DNA of 47,781 nucleotides from contig ADNK01003370.1 in assembly GCA_000320545.1 (NCBI GenBank), positions 1 to 47,781 of the forward strand, given 5' to 3'. Source of the stretch: Bigelowiella natans CCMP2755. Its lineage: Eukaryota > Protista > Cercozoa. Numbering within the stretch: position 1 is the stretch's first letter; each line of letters opens with the position of its first letter. The translations under genes were made by a program, and so were the position numbers. Shown piece by piece: positions 1 to 11,194 of the stretch. The notes beneath the pieces are model-generated. The model saw nothing but the letters and a program-made list of their open reading frames with translations. It made no database searches and was not told the origin of the DNA.

Positions 1-1
1 G

Positions 2-271
2 GCGCATGAAGATGTCTATCTAGGCTACCCTGGATTACGAAATATGGAGAGGGTAGCTATGAAAATAAAGGACGGAAAATATCAGCTACTCTACCTAGCT
101 GTTCCCGACTTACCCTTTGAGCACTGGTATAAGGTCCTGGGGGACCTTGATGCAGAGGGCTGGTATGGACACGAACCTAAGGACGAAGGTGAGTTCTGGG
201 TAAGCGACAAAGGAGATAAGGTTAGAGAGGAATCTATTACCTGGTGGTTGGTGAAGTTCCGAAAGCGATGA
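2..271 (+). CDS. 5'-truncated orphan ORF, probably the end of a mobile-element or viral gene
   Basis: Frame is open from base 2 (AHEDVYLGYPGLRNMERVAMK...WWLVKFRKR*). Complex amino-acid composition, no microsatellites, no intron. No family recognised. Confidence 0.5.
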   Translation, partial: AHEDVYLGYPGLRNMERVAMKIKDGKYQLLYLAVPDLPFEHWYKVLGDLDAEGWYGHEPKDEGEFWVSDKGDKVREESITWWLVKFRKR

Positions 272-305
272 AGGTCTAAGGGAATAAGGAAGGAAGGAAG
301 GAGCA

Positions 306-660
306 ACGTGACTTGGGGGAGGTGTAGCGCGTACCACTACGCGGGCACAAGTCACGTGCGACAACAAAGGGGTTGTCGCGGATATAGAATATAGATAACG
401 TAGATATTAATACAGCATAGGCACGTGGGTTCCGGCGGGACTCATGGCAGCACACCGGAAGTGTGCTGCCCCACGTGCGGCGGCATTCGCGAAAGCTTCG
501 CGAATGATTACGCAGTGCACGATTTAATAAAAATATAATCTTTAATAAAAATAAACACAACTCTTCAAAAGGAAGCAAACGTGCCTTTCCCCCCCCCTGC
601 CTACTTGTGCACGTAGCGCCTCGGCCTGTGAACACCTTACGCGCAACAAGCATGGGAGAC
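306..660. other. Cluster of nested hairpins (structured RNA or ssDNA region)
   Basis: Stems: 306-315/348-357 enclosing 328-333/338-343; 358-365/372-379; 421-428/471-478 enclosing 446-455/461-470; CATTCGCGAA/TTCGCGAATG at 484-506. TTTAATAAAAATA occurs twice at about 522-553. Confidence 0.7.
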
Positions 661-1126
661 AGGCGTGCATGCATGAGTTTCAAATTTCCCTCGTGGCAAC
701 GATGCCATCTTGAACCAAAAATGAACTACATTTAATCCCTACGACACAACATTGCCCACAGTCAATAAGAGAAGCCGTTCGGACGGGTGAAAGATTCTTG
801 ACGAAATGAGGGGGAATTTATAATACGACAAGCAAATATTGACATCGGAGGCAAAAATCCTCGGTGTTTTCAATTCGATTTAAAATTACGTCGCCTGCTT
901 TCGGCCCTCCTCCTCCTCCTCCTCCTCCCGTTGCAATGCACGCCACCAACGGGCGACGGTCCATGTTCAAGAGTGACTATGGGGAAGGTCTACGCCGATT
1001 CCCTGGGTCCTCAGCGCAGATAACTCTTATATAAATACTCGTTCTTCGCCTCCATCATATCCCTGCTGCTACTGGCTCTTATTCGCACGTGTTTTCCCAC
1101 GGAAAAAGAACGTGTTCGAAAAAAAA

Positions 1127-2046
1127 ATGAAACTCGTAATCCCGACCCCCTATTTCTATAGATTCTTAGGGGGAGTACTAGACGATTATCGACGTCGAAT
1201 GCCGTACGTTCGCTCGGATATCATGGACAGTTTTGACCGGAAAACGCTCTCAGCAGCACTGGTATGAAGCATGGCCGTCTATCACCATAATCCTCCTAAG
1301 ACCTAGCCTGCCTCGGCTGTCCCTCTCTCTCTACTCAGATGATGTTTCTAGCTACATTCTGCTCTACAGTGGCGTTGGGCTCGATCATAGAGAGGCACAC
1401 GGATTCGCATATAGGTGGCACCAGCACGCTTCTATGTATTTCTTGGGGGAGACACACGTTTTTGATCCCACTCGTCCCTCCAATGTTCCTTTTCCGACGT
1501 TAATTCTTATGTCATCGATGTCGTGATGGAAAGAAGAACTTGACAGTTAGAGCAGCTGTATGAAGCTAAGATGATAGACCTTATCGACCTTTATACACAT
1601 CATATACTTAGGTTTAAGCGAGTTCTTACTAATGAACGGCATTGCCGGAATGGTGCACGCGGCTTTCAGTTGCCAGCCGCTGCTCATTCTTCGGCCAACC
1701 GGACCTATCACATTGATGATCACGCAGATCTACATCCTATCTCTACAGCTCAACATCGACTTCTTCGCTCTCATGGCCTGGACGGTACGACGGACACATA
1801 GAGTTACCTTTGATGAGGGAGAGATGCTGCTCAGGAAACCAACATATAAATAATATTTTATATTGAGTAGCATGTTATCTTCAAGTGTCTTCTATTGTGC
1901 CTTCTTCTTCTTCTTAGGGCCTAGGGGTATCGATCTGGAGTTTTCTTGTCTCTGGGCTTGAGTTGTCGCGGCATATCGCACTTCTCACAACCTTCGCTCA
2001 TGATGTCTTCGCTGCTTTCGTCAGCAGCATATACGTGGTAGTAGTA

Positions 2047-2078
<32 letters not shown>

Positions 2079-2337
2079 CCCCGTCTGTTTTGCATCCATA
2101 GACCTTTTTTCGAAAGCCATCCATAGTTGTTCACGGAGTGCTTATAAAGGCTAATAAGTCACCCAAGTGTCAGATATATTATACAAGCATGCTGCATCAT
2201 CACAATAAAGGTTGACGGCATAACTGCAGTGATTGGGCGGTTTTACCTGGATGGTAGCCCTTCCCGTCCCCTCTTCGCTCTTACGATAAGCTCAGCCCTT
2301 GTCATCATCGCCTTTGCGTTGGGTTCCCTAAGTAATA

Positions 2338-2373
<36 letters not shown>

Positions 2374-3181
2374 ATCACGATGGAGAATTGCAATTCAACA
2401 AATATGAGCCGGGAATAACTACATTTCAAAAGAGAAAAGCCTACTAAATATCCCTTCCCTTTTCGTACACACTACAATATCAAAAGAACACAAACACAGC
2501 AACCAATGCATTATTATCTTGTGATGATCGATCGACCACAGGGGATCCATCATCGTCGCGGCTTTTCTCACGATGGGCACGTCATCTCATCGCCGACTAC
2601 GCACTGGCTACAGCAACCATTAGTGCAACGATGATTAGCTTTGCCTATGGAACTACTGTGGAGGTGGAGAGGATTATGGTACTATATTATATTGTCTATA
2701 TTTGTGTGTGTGTTTTAAATACTCACCACCATTACAACTTAGCTATCTGACAAAGTTGAGCCTACATTCAGTCTTCGTGCTGCGTCGTCGTCATGGCTGG
2801 TAACAAAGAGATATAGATGCCGCTAATCATTTTCTATTAATTTTATATATCTGCTATCAAACGAGATGATAATGATACTGCACATTCAGCTACAACGACG
2901 ACGACCACGGCACAAGAGAATAATGTGTTTGACGTTCTCATCATCATCATCATCATTATCATCATTGCCATCATCATTATCATCTGGCAATGACAGGTAT
3001 CACTTTGGGACTGTTCATATTCAGCTCTATTTACGACGATGTTGGTGAGGAATGATGACATCATAACCACCTTCCCCACTCCCGCTATGGCCTTGTTGGA
3101 GAATCCCCTCTACCCCCTTCCCCCTCTCCCTTCTTCTCCTCCGCCTTTCCACACCGCATTTCTTTCATTAAAAGATACATT

Positions 3182-3213
<32 letters not shown>

Positions 3214-3402
3214 TGGTATTATACATTGAGTGATGGTGGTGGTGATAATTCCCCTCATCGTCTCAGGTTGGGCTTGGCATCTCTTTGCCAATCGTCATCT
3301 TCTTCTACTTCGATCAAAACTTCTCTTCGTTACTAAGTCAGACCTCCAACCTAAAACTCCGCAAAGGTTATTAAAGATGCCAAATAAAGATAAGAGAATA
3401 TA

Positions 3403-3435
<33 letters not shown>

Positions 3436-3527
3436 TATTGTAAAATGTGTGCGTGTGTGATTGTCTTGCTCTATAGCAATATCTCTACTTTCCTTCCCCT
3501 CCTCCCACGGAGGTGCTGTGTTACACT

Positions 3528-3560
<33 letters not shown>

Positions 3561-4534
3561 GTGTGCTCTGTTATATTTTAGGGAGTTACTACAACAGCTC
3601 TTTTCTATGGATGGGTTTATTTAACGGCGTTGGTCCTCTATTCGGTTTGCCGTTTGTGACTGGATCTCTCCCCCATTCCCCGCAAATGGTGCTAGCTCTC
3701 ACACGCGACGACGATGGCAGCCCTCAGCTAGAGGGAGGGGCACAAGAACCAAGAAGGGGAAGAGGTACAAAGGGCTACACGAGGGGGGAGGGGGAAGGGC
3801 AGTGACTAGAAACTACAAGTGAATTTTGTCGTAAACAGTTTGATTCGATTAGATCTTACTAATTGCGGTGTAATATTTATGCCTGTTCTTTGATGATGTT
3901 TTTTTGTCAAAACTTTTCGAAAATGAAGGCCCCCCTCCAGTGTGCGAGAACCGCGTGGCGCCATTCTTGGTCTACTTCCTGATATTTGCATCGTACGTGC
4001 TTGCGGCTGGGAGGCATGTTATCGAGTCAATTCCGGTATGTATGTATGTTTGTATGTATGTATGTATGTATGTATGACGATGATGATGAGGCAATTCCGG
4101 TATGTATGTATTTATGTATGTATGACGATGATGATGATAATGATGACGATGATAATAATGATGATAATAATGATGATGATGATGATGATGATGATGGTAG
4201 TGGAAGAAGAAGAAAAATAAAATTAAGATTTCAACGTGCAATCATGTACCAACCCTTCCCGGTATCATGTCTCCTTTGCGTGCAGGTGAGTGCAGCGGAT
4301 GCGGTGCTGATAGTGGTAGGTTTGGAGGGGATATTTGCCACGCAACTATGGCATCGGCTAGCAGTTCTTGTGACAACTGACGAAGAATGGACGGCGGGGG
4401 GGGGGGGTGAAGAGCCCTCTGCGACTCGACTGTACGTGTTGCTCCAGCTGATCGTTCTTGGATGTGGGTGGGGGCTTAACTTCACGCCTTTTGCGTTGGC
4501 TTTTCCATTTGTCATTGCAGGCCTGGTAATAACA

Positions 4535-4571
<37 letters not shown>

Positions 4572-5020
4572 AATAATAATACGGTATGTTGCTGTATGCA
4601 GTAGCTGAGTCGTTTGGCTGTTGGTGTGAAAGAAAAAGCAGATAATATATATTTATCGAATCTATCAGTTTTGTTTCAGTTCTACCGTTGTGTTTCTCAG
4701 TTTAACGTCATTTCTGAGCCTCCTGTATTTTAATTTCTCTTCTTCTGCACTTACCCCTCATTCTTCTCATTAGATCCTTTGTTTAACAATAGGTACCGAT
4801 CCACGCTTACGTGCTTCCTATCCTCTTTACCTCTAAACAGTTGATTGTGCTTGAAGGGAACACAGAAGAGGCAGGAGGCTTTTCAGGCGCTGAAGAAGAG
4901 AAGTTCTGGCGTTGTTACATGAGCATGGAAGATGAAGAACAAGAAGAAGAGAATAATGCGGACTCTTCTGCGAAAAAAACTGGCAATGGACTAGAGCCGC
5001 TCATCAGAGTAGCCGCATGA
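1127..5020 (+). CDS. SLC4/BOR-family bicarbonate/borate transporter (multi-exon; start codon uncertain, could be upstream near 936)
   Basis: Spliced exons give GGVLDDYRRRMPYVRSDIMD, MFLATFCSTVALG, GIAGMVHAAFSCQPLLILRPTGP, RHLIADYA, FFYFDQNFSSL...LKLRKGSYY, GLPFVTGSLPHSP, VCENRVAP and LAFPFVIAGLVP, typical of the HCO3- cotransporter membrane domain. Stop TGA at 5018-5020. Confidence 0.9.
2038..2077 (+). repeat. (GTA)n microsatellite starting exactly at a 5' splice site; representative of the very dense SSRs across the window
   Basis: Exon ends ATACGTG|GTAGTAGTAG. (TA)n, (CA)n, (GA)n, (GAT)n, (GTA)n, (GAA)n and (GGA)n tracts occur in most introns and some exons. Confidence 0.9.
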
Positions 5021-5049
5021 TTACTGTTCTACGTGGAATAATAGCAGCA

Positions 5050-5760
5050 GTACGACGTTCCATTTAAAAATGGGGCTGCTATTGATACGATGGATGTGCT
5101 ACTTATTTGCAGCATTATTCCTCTTGCCAGTATAACCGACGCTCTACATCTAGACGTACCTTGTCATGCTGCATTGCGGGCTTCTCGCTTCATTCCCTGC
5201 AAGTCTAAAATCGATTGCGTCGCAGTGCACGGAATTTGGCTGTTTCAGCAGTGTATGCATGAAATTAATGTGATGCATGTACATTTGAGTGCTGTTGAGT
5301 AGTGTGTGCGCGCCTGTTTCTTCCTTTCATAGCACGACGCATTAAGAACAAGCTCTTGTTACGGTATGACGTACGAGTATGCATTTATAGCATTGTCATC
5401 TTCTAGATACCACACATGCATAAGCGCAACTAGTGGAGCACACATAGTAACCACACGCTCCTAGCTTGCTGCATAGTTGTGTATTTGTTTAGTCGCGTCT
5501 AGACATGCGTGCTTAACGCTTGCTAAAGGTGATGCAAAGAAGTCGCATATTTATAACAACATCTAGCTTTTTGCGACGACATCATGCCAGCAACGTGCAT
5601 CGCAATTCAAGTTCGATTCGTCCATGATGAGTTTGTGGATAATGGAATCAATATCACAAAGCTGCTTTATCATTCACACAGTTGTTGAATGCATTCTGAT
5701 GACATCATGAAGCATTGTGCAAGCACAACAGCAGCAACCTTAATACGATTTCACGGCCTC
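5050..5760. repeat. Degenerate intergenic sequence rich in CATG/TGCA/CTAG
   Basis: Lies between convergent genes, has no microsatellites, and shows the same tetranucleotide bias as 21540-22900 and 34650-36050. Confidence 0.45.
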
Positions 5761-5923
5761 ATGGAATTCAATTGGCAAGAATTCCAGTGGAAACTACAGG
5801 CTGCGACAAGCAACCTCTACAACTTATACACACTACTCGTATTTACAATCGTGGAAGGCAGTTGTAACCCCTTATTATTATTAACCTCTGCATTTGCAGT
5901 AGCTTTTTACCTCCTCCTCCTCC

Positions 5924-6721
5924 TCAGTTAAGGCGAGAACAACGCTTGGAGTGTTGATCCCTAATGAGCATTAACCGTGAGGGAAAGTCACAACGACGCC
6001 GACAATGATGATGATGATGACGATGTTACAAGTAGAAAATATTTTATGGAAATCTTCCTTGTCGTTTATGCTTTGCATATCATCATGTATGGAATCATTA
6101 AGTACGACGTATGCTCTCCCTTCATTTCTTCTCTCCGTCGCATCCTCTTCCTCCTTAACGCTCGTATAACAACAAAAAATACTACTACTAAGTTCTACGA
6201 CTACTATTGATGACCAATGCACCCACTGGCACTCTGCAGAGCAGTAGTAGGCTTTTTCACATAGTGAGCAAAATCTGACCACGAAAAACACAGCACCATA
6301 AGCTTCCACATACGAACATTGATATCCGAGTAATCACACCATCCTCCTCCTCTCCTCATTTTGCCTGTTGTATTTGCATCTACTACCATGCTGCTAGCCC
6401 TCTCCCCCCCTCCTACTAAATGCCGCAGCTATGGTACCAACCAGAGTAACAACCTTGTCGCGCGTTTGAAGCAAATGCTGCACTCCACGTCGTTTGGGCA
6501 GTCTGAAGCCCCCCCCCCAAATTTAACAATAGCAAAACGATGATGATTCACCAACAGAATGGCGACACAAAGAACAACAGCATTAAACACAAATAGAAAT
6601 GGAAGAGAGGCAATGACCAAGACCGATCGAATTGTGCCTTCTTCTTCTTCTTCTTCTTCTTCTTCTCACGGAAAGGAAGAAGAAGAAGAAGACAAAAGAG
6701 AAGAGAACAGGGAAAAAAAGA

Positions 6722-6754
<33 letters not shown>

Positions 6755-6902
6755 CTTTTTGGTCTCTCCTTTCTTGCCCCCTCCCTTTTGTTTCGTTCTT
6801 ATCACATCGGCTTGCACTACTACTACCTTGCCAGCATTCATGATTGGGAATGATTCCCCCATCCGGATGATGATCACCTTTTCCATCCAAACAGTCACCA
6901 TG

Positions 6903-6942
<40 letters not shown>

Positions 6943-7188
6943 TACAACCGTTGATTGTAATTATCCCACGTCGTCGTCCTGCAAGTAGGGACAATATGTC
7001 AAGAGTACCCTCTCCCTCCTCCTTTTCCTGGTGGGATCGTCTATCAGCTGCTGAGAATATTCCTCTCCCCCCTCCTCCTCCTCCTCCTCCCCCTCCCTGA
7101 ATAACACACGGGATACGTAAGAGATTGCTTTGACTCTTTTATTGATAATATATTCGACATAATATCTACACACACACACACACACATA

Positions 7189-7220
<32 letters not shown>

Positions 7221-7450
7221 TTCACAGTAAACAACCATCAGGATGTGAGCACGATATAGTTTGTGTTTTGTTCATTATTAATGCAGAAATATGTATTGTA
7301 CGATATAGTTTGTGTTTTGTTCATTATTGACGCGGAAATATGTATAACATTCACCCACATAATAATGGGGATGTTATCCTCTCACCTGAGAGGGAAGAAG
7401 GCAGATTCTATTTTCATCATAACTCTCTTCTGCTTGTTGAAGGCACACCA
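5924..7450 (-). CDS. Protein with C-terminal MYND zinc finger (5' extent uncertain)
   Basis: Exons at about 6453-6502, 6214-6274 and 5924-5960 splice to DCPNDVECSICFKRATR-FCSLCEKAYYCSAECQWVHW-DQHSKRCSRLN*, a complete MYND pattern. Candidate upstream exons at about 6826-6902, 6950-7097 and 7386-7450. Confidence 0.75.
7251..7345. repeat. 49-bp tandem duplication
   Basis: ACGATATAGTTTGTGTTTTGTTCATTATT(AAT/GAC)GC(A/G)GAAATATGTAT occurs twice. Confidence 0.9.
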
Positions 7451-7918
7451 ACACAGGCAACAAACAAAAGACAACGAGAGGGAGAAAGGGGGGAGGGGTG
7501 GAGGGAGAGAGCATGGTAATGAAAGAAGTTTAAAGTATCATCAAAGCTTGGTTTTGTGGGACAGTAAGAATCGATTCCCAAAGCAGCACGTAAAGTATGC
7601 AGGCAAAGAGCAGTTTTAATAAAGAAAGCTATTCATCACTCAGTAGATAATCAAAAAATGAGTTGGGAAACTATTATTCCTATCATGATAAGACAGAGCA
7701 GATTATGGCTTGGATCGGGCACAATCTACTTACTATGGTTTTGTTACAGCTCCTTTCGAATATAAATAGATACACATATACAGATATCTATCATCAGAAT
7801 TTGAGAAATGCTAATAACACTATCATCTATTCAATTCTCCATGTCGTCTTTGGCAATAATAATAATATGTCAGTTGTTGATTTTCTTTCTTTCTTTTTTG
7901 AGTAGTGTGTGCGTATTA

Positions 7919-8185
7919 TCATCGCTTGTTACCAGCTAGCTTGTTATCTGTAGACGAAGAACAAGCTGCTATCGAAGGGGAGAGGGAGGAAGCAAAGGAG
8001 GAGGAGGAGGAGGAGGAGGAGGAGGAGGACGTGCTGGGATAACACGCACTACTGCTTGGGCTACTACTAGCAGTGAGAGAAGATCCGCTTGTACCAAATG
8101 ACGACGACGACGACGAGGACATGATGGAGAACACTTTTCTGTTGTTGTCGGAAAGCTTTCTTCGGCATTGAAACTCAATAATCCC

Positions 8186-8220
<35 letters not shown>

Positions 8221-8497
8221 GTGGTAGTCGTGATAAAGAAGGAGAAAGAAGGAGGAGGAGGAGGAGGGTAAGAAGAGGAAAATAGTGATGATAAGTAAGA
8301 GATATGCACATTTAAAAGTAGTAGTAGTAGTAGTACAAGGAGTGGTGATTCTCCTCTTTCATTCCCCCCCGAACTTATTACATAGTAGTAGTAGTAGTAG
8401 TAGTAGTAGTGCCATCACGGATTGTTAAAATTACGTTGGTGATAAATAACATGTAGTGCGTGGACAATGGCGGTGATGACAACAGCATTCAGCAGAT

Positions 8498-8558
<61 letters not shown>

Positions 8559-8668
8559 GATGACTTCGAAAGTTGTTGGGGGGCTGTGCGCTATCACAGC
8601 CTCAATGATAATGATAATATTATTGTTATTATTATTAATAATAATGATAATACTACTTCTACCACTTG

Positions 8669-8703
<35 letters not shown>

Positions 8704-10680
8704 TTTCAACCAAAAGGAGTTAGCGCCTCGATGACGTGCTTTCCTGCTACGATCATTTGGCCTCCTCCTCCTCCTCCTCCTCCTCCTCCTCCTCCTCCTG
8801 GAATCTAACAATAGAAAAGAGAAGATGATGACGGGTAGTAAGTAAGTAAGTAATAGACAAACTACATAATCTTTACCATTGTATAATAGCTTTATTTACT
8901 ACTACCTGGAAAGCCATTCTCTTGATTCTGTTCTTCCAAATGACCGATTTGTATTCAGTATCATCATCCTCTGACGAAGGAGGGACAAGAAGACACAGAT
9001 CATCATCATCATCTTCTTCTTCTTCTTCTTCCATCATCGTCTTTTCTTCAACAGGGTAGTACTCTGCTCGCCGATAATAACCCTCATCATCTTCTTCTTC
9101 TTCTTCTTCTTCTTCTTCTTCTCTTCGCATCACATCGTGCAGCTTATAAGGATTTATTTCCTGCTTTTTATTCTCTTTCACTATCTTGAGAGGAGGCCTC
9201 TCCCCCCTCTCCCTCTTTGGTATGGTCGCCTTACTTATTTCCGTGGCTGTTAACGAAGGGGGGGGGCACATAATCGGTCTTTTGGGGGAAGGGATAAGAA
9301 ATAGTCCCCTGTTATACTTCTCCGCAGCGCTTTGTCGGTTATTCGAGGAGGGGGAGGAGGAGGACAACGAAGATGGGTTAGGAAAGGAAGAAGACGCAGA
9401 GGACATCATCCAGCAGCTTTGGGTTTGGTGGTGGCGGTGGGGGTGATAGTGATTTTTCTCCTCATCGTCTTCTCCGTCATCATCGTCGTTTCTTCTTCTT
9501 GGCTCGATTCGAAGTACACCGTCATCTTCTTCAACCCACTCAAACTCCTCCTCCTCCTCCTCTTCTTCTTCTTCTTCTTCTTCTTCTTCTTCTTGCTGTG
9601 CTGCCAGGCTGCTGCTGCTGGGGGGATAGATAGGGTGATATTGCGTTTTATTCTGCTTTAGGCTGCTGCTACTGTGATGATGACGTCGATCTTGCTTATT
9701 GAGTAGTGGTACCCCCCCCCTTCCCCTACTCGATGGGATCATGAGCGACATCATATTCCCCACCACCCGTCGTTGTCCTTCATCGAGATCTATTCTATCA
9801 GCTGAAGATGCTGCCGTCTTAGTCATTGCGTGTCGACCCCCCCCATTTCTAGGAAGATCCTTCTGCTTTCTCTTTCCCTTGAGGCTCTTCTGTCAAGTAT
9901 TGAATGAGTACTAGATATGGTGATATGAGGGAGGGGTATCTCATGATAGGGTAGTACGTATCGAAGTTGAATGATGCATAGTAGGAGAAATTGGAGGGAG
10001 AGAGAATCAATCAATCAATGATGATGATGATGGGGTTGTGCCTACAACTAGCGATGTTACTAGATAAAAGGACCTCGCTCCTTATACCTCCCCCCCCCCT
10101 TTATCACACACCACTTGCTCTCTCTTCTCTTTATTCTCTTGTAGATGAGCTACGACTATCACACATGATGATGACTCTTGTTAAAATTACTACTACTACT
10201 ACTACTACCATTACCTGATCGATGCTTCTCCTTCTCCTTCCCCCTCCCCCCTTGCTGCTGCTACTGCTGCTACTACCAAGGATAACAGAGCAGGAGCCTT
10301 GGTCCGCCCACCACGGCACACCCTTGTACCATGATCTCGGATGGTGATGCTGAGGCACTTTAGATGACACCATAAGTACTACTGCTACTGCCTGTTCTTG
10401 CCCATCATCCCCAACACACTCTTCTCCCCCTCCTCCACCACCACCACCACCTCCTCCAAGTTCTCCGTGTTGTTTATTCCCATCTTCCTCCGATGAGAGG
10501 CGGCGTCTACTGCTACTTCTACTATCCTTCTTCTTCTTCTTCTTCTTCTCCTCCTCCTCCTTCTTCCTCCTCGTACAGCGAAAGGACCGTGTTTCTGCTG
10601 GGTGCTTCAACGTGAGAGTAGTGCGAAGATCATCTACAAAAACAGCATGGTCCTTGTGCTGGTTCCACCACCTGCTTAAG

Positions 10681-10751
<71 letters not shown>

Positions 10752-11161
10752 CTGTAATTATTCTTATCTCCAGCATCACGGTCATCATCATGATCATATT
10801 ATTACTAATTCTTTTTATTTGATAGTGTTGTCTCATTTTCGCAAGTAAATCATCGTACAAGAGTTGAGGCATACACACACACACCCACACACACACACAC
10901 ACACCTTGTATAGTCTTTATCGAAGCTGTACTTTGAGCAGCTGATGCCACGATCATGTGGATGCAAGCGACGATGGATATCATCTCTGCCGCTGCGACTA
11001 CTTTTCCTCCTCCCTCTCCTCCTCTTCTTACTCTTTTTTATTTTGCCCCCCCCCTCTTCCTCTTTCACGAGATTTTCTTCTTCCTCTTTAGTAATACTAG
11101 CAGTCTTATTGAGGCACTTCCTTATATTTTGGGTCATTGACAATGATGATGAGGACGATGG

Positions 11162-11194
<33 letters not shown>

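Noticed and set aside
421-506. tRNA or hammerhead ribozyme
   Set aside because: No T-loop/D-loop consensus or proper cloverleaf spacing, and no CUGANGA...GAAA core seen.
936-1090. Apparent frameshifted 5' part of the SLC4 gene (MFKSDYGEG...VLSA...YSFFASII)
   Set aside because: The true homologous segment is intact in exons at about 1169-1261 and 1339-1413; the resemblance is coincidental and the gene is not a pseudogene.
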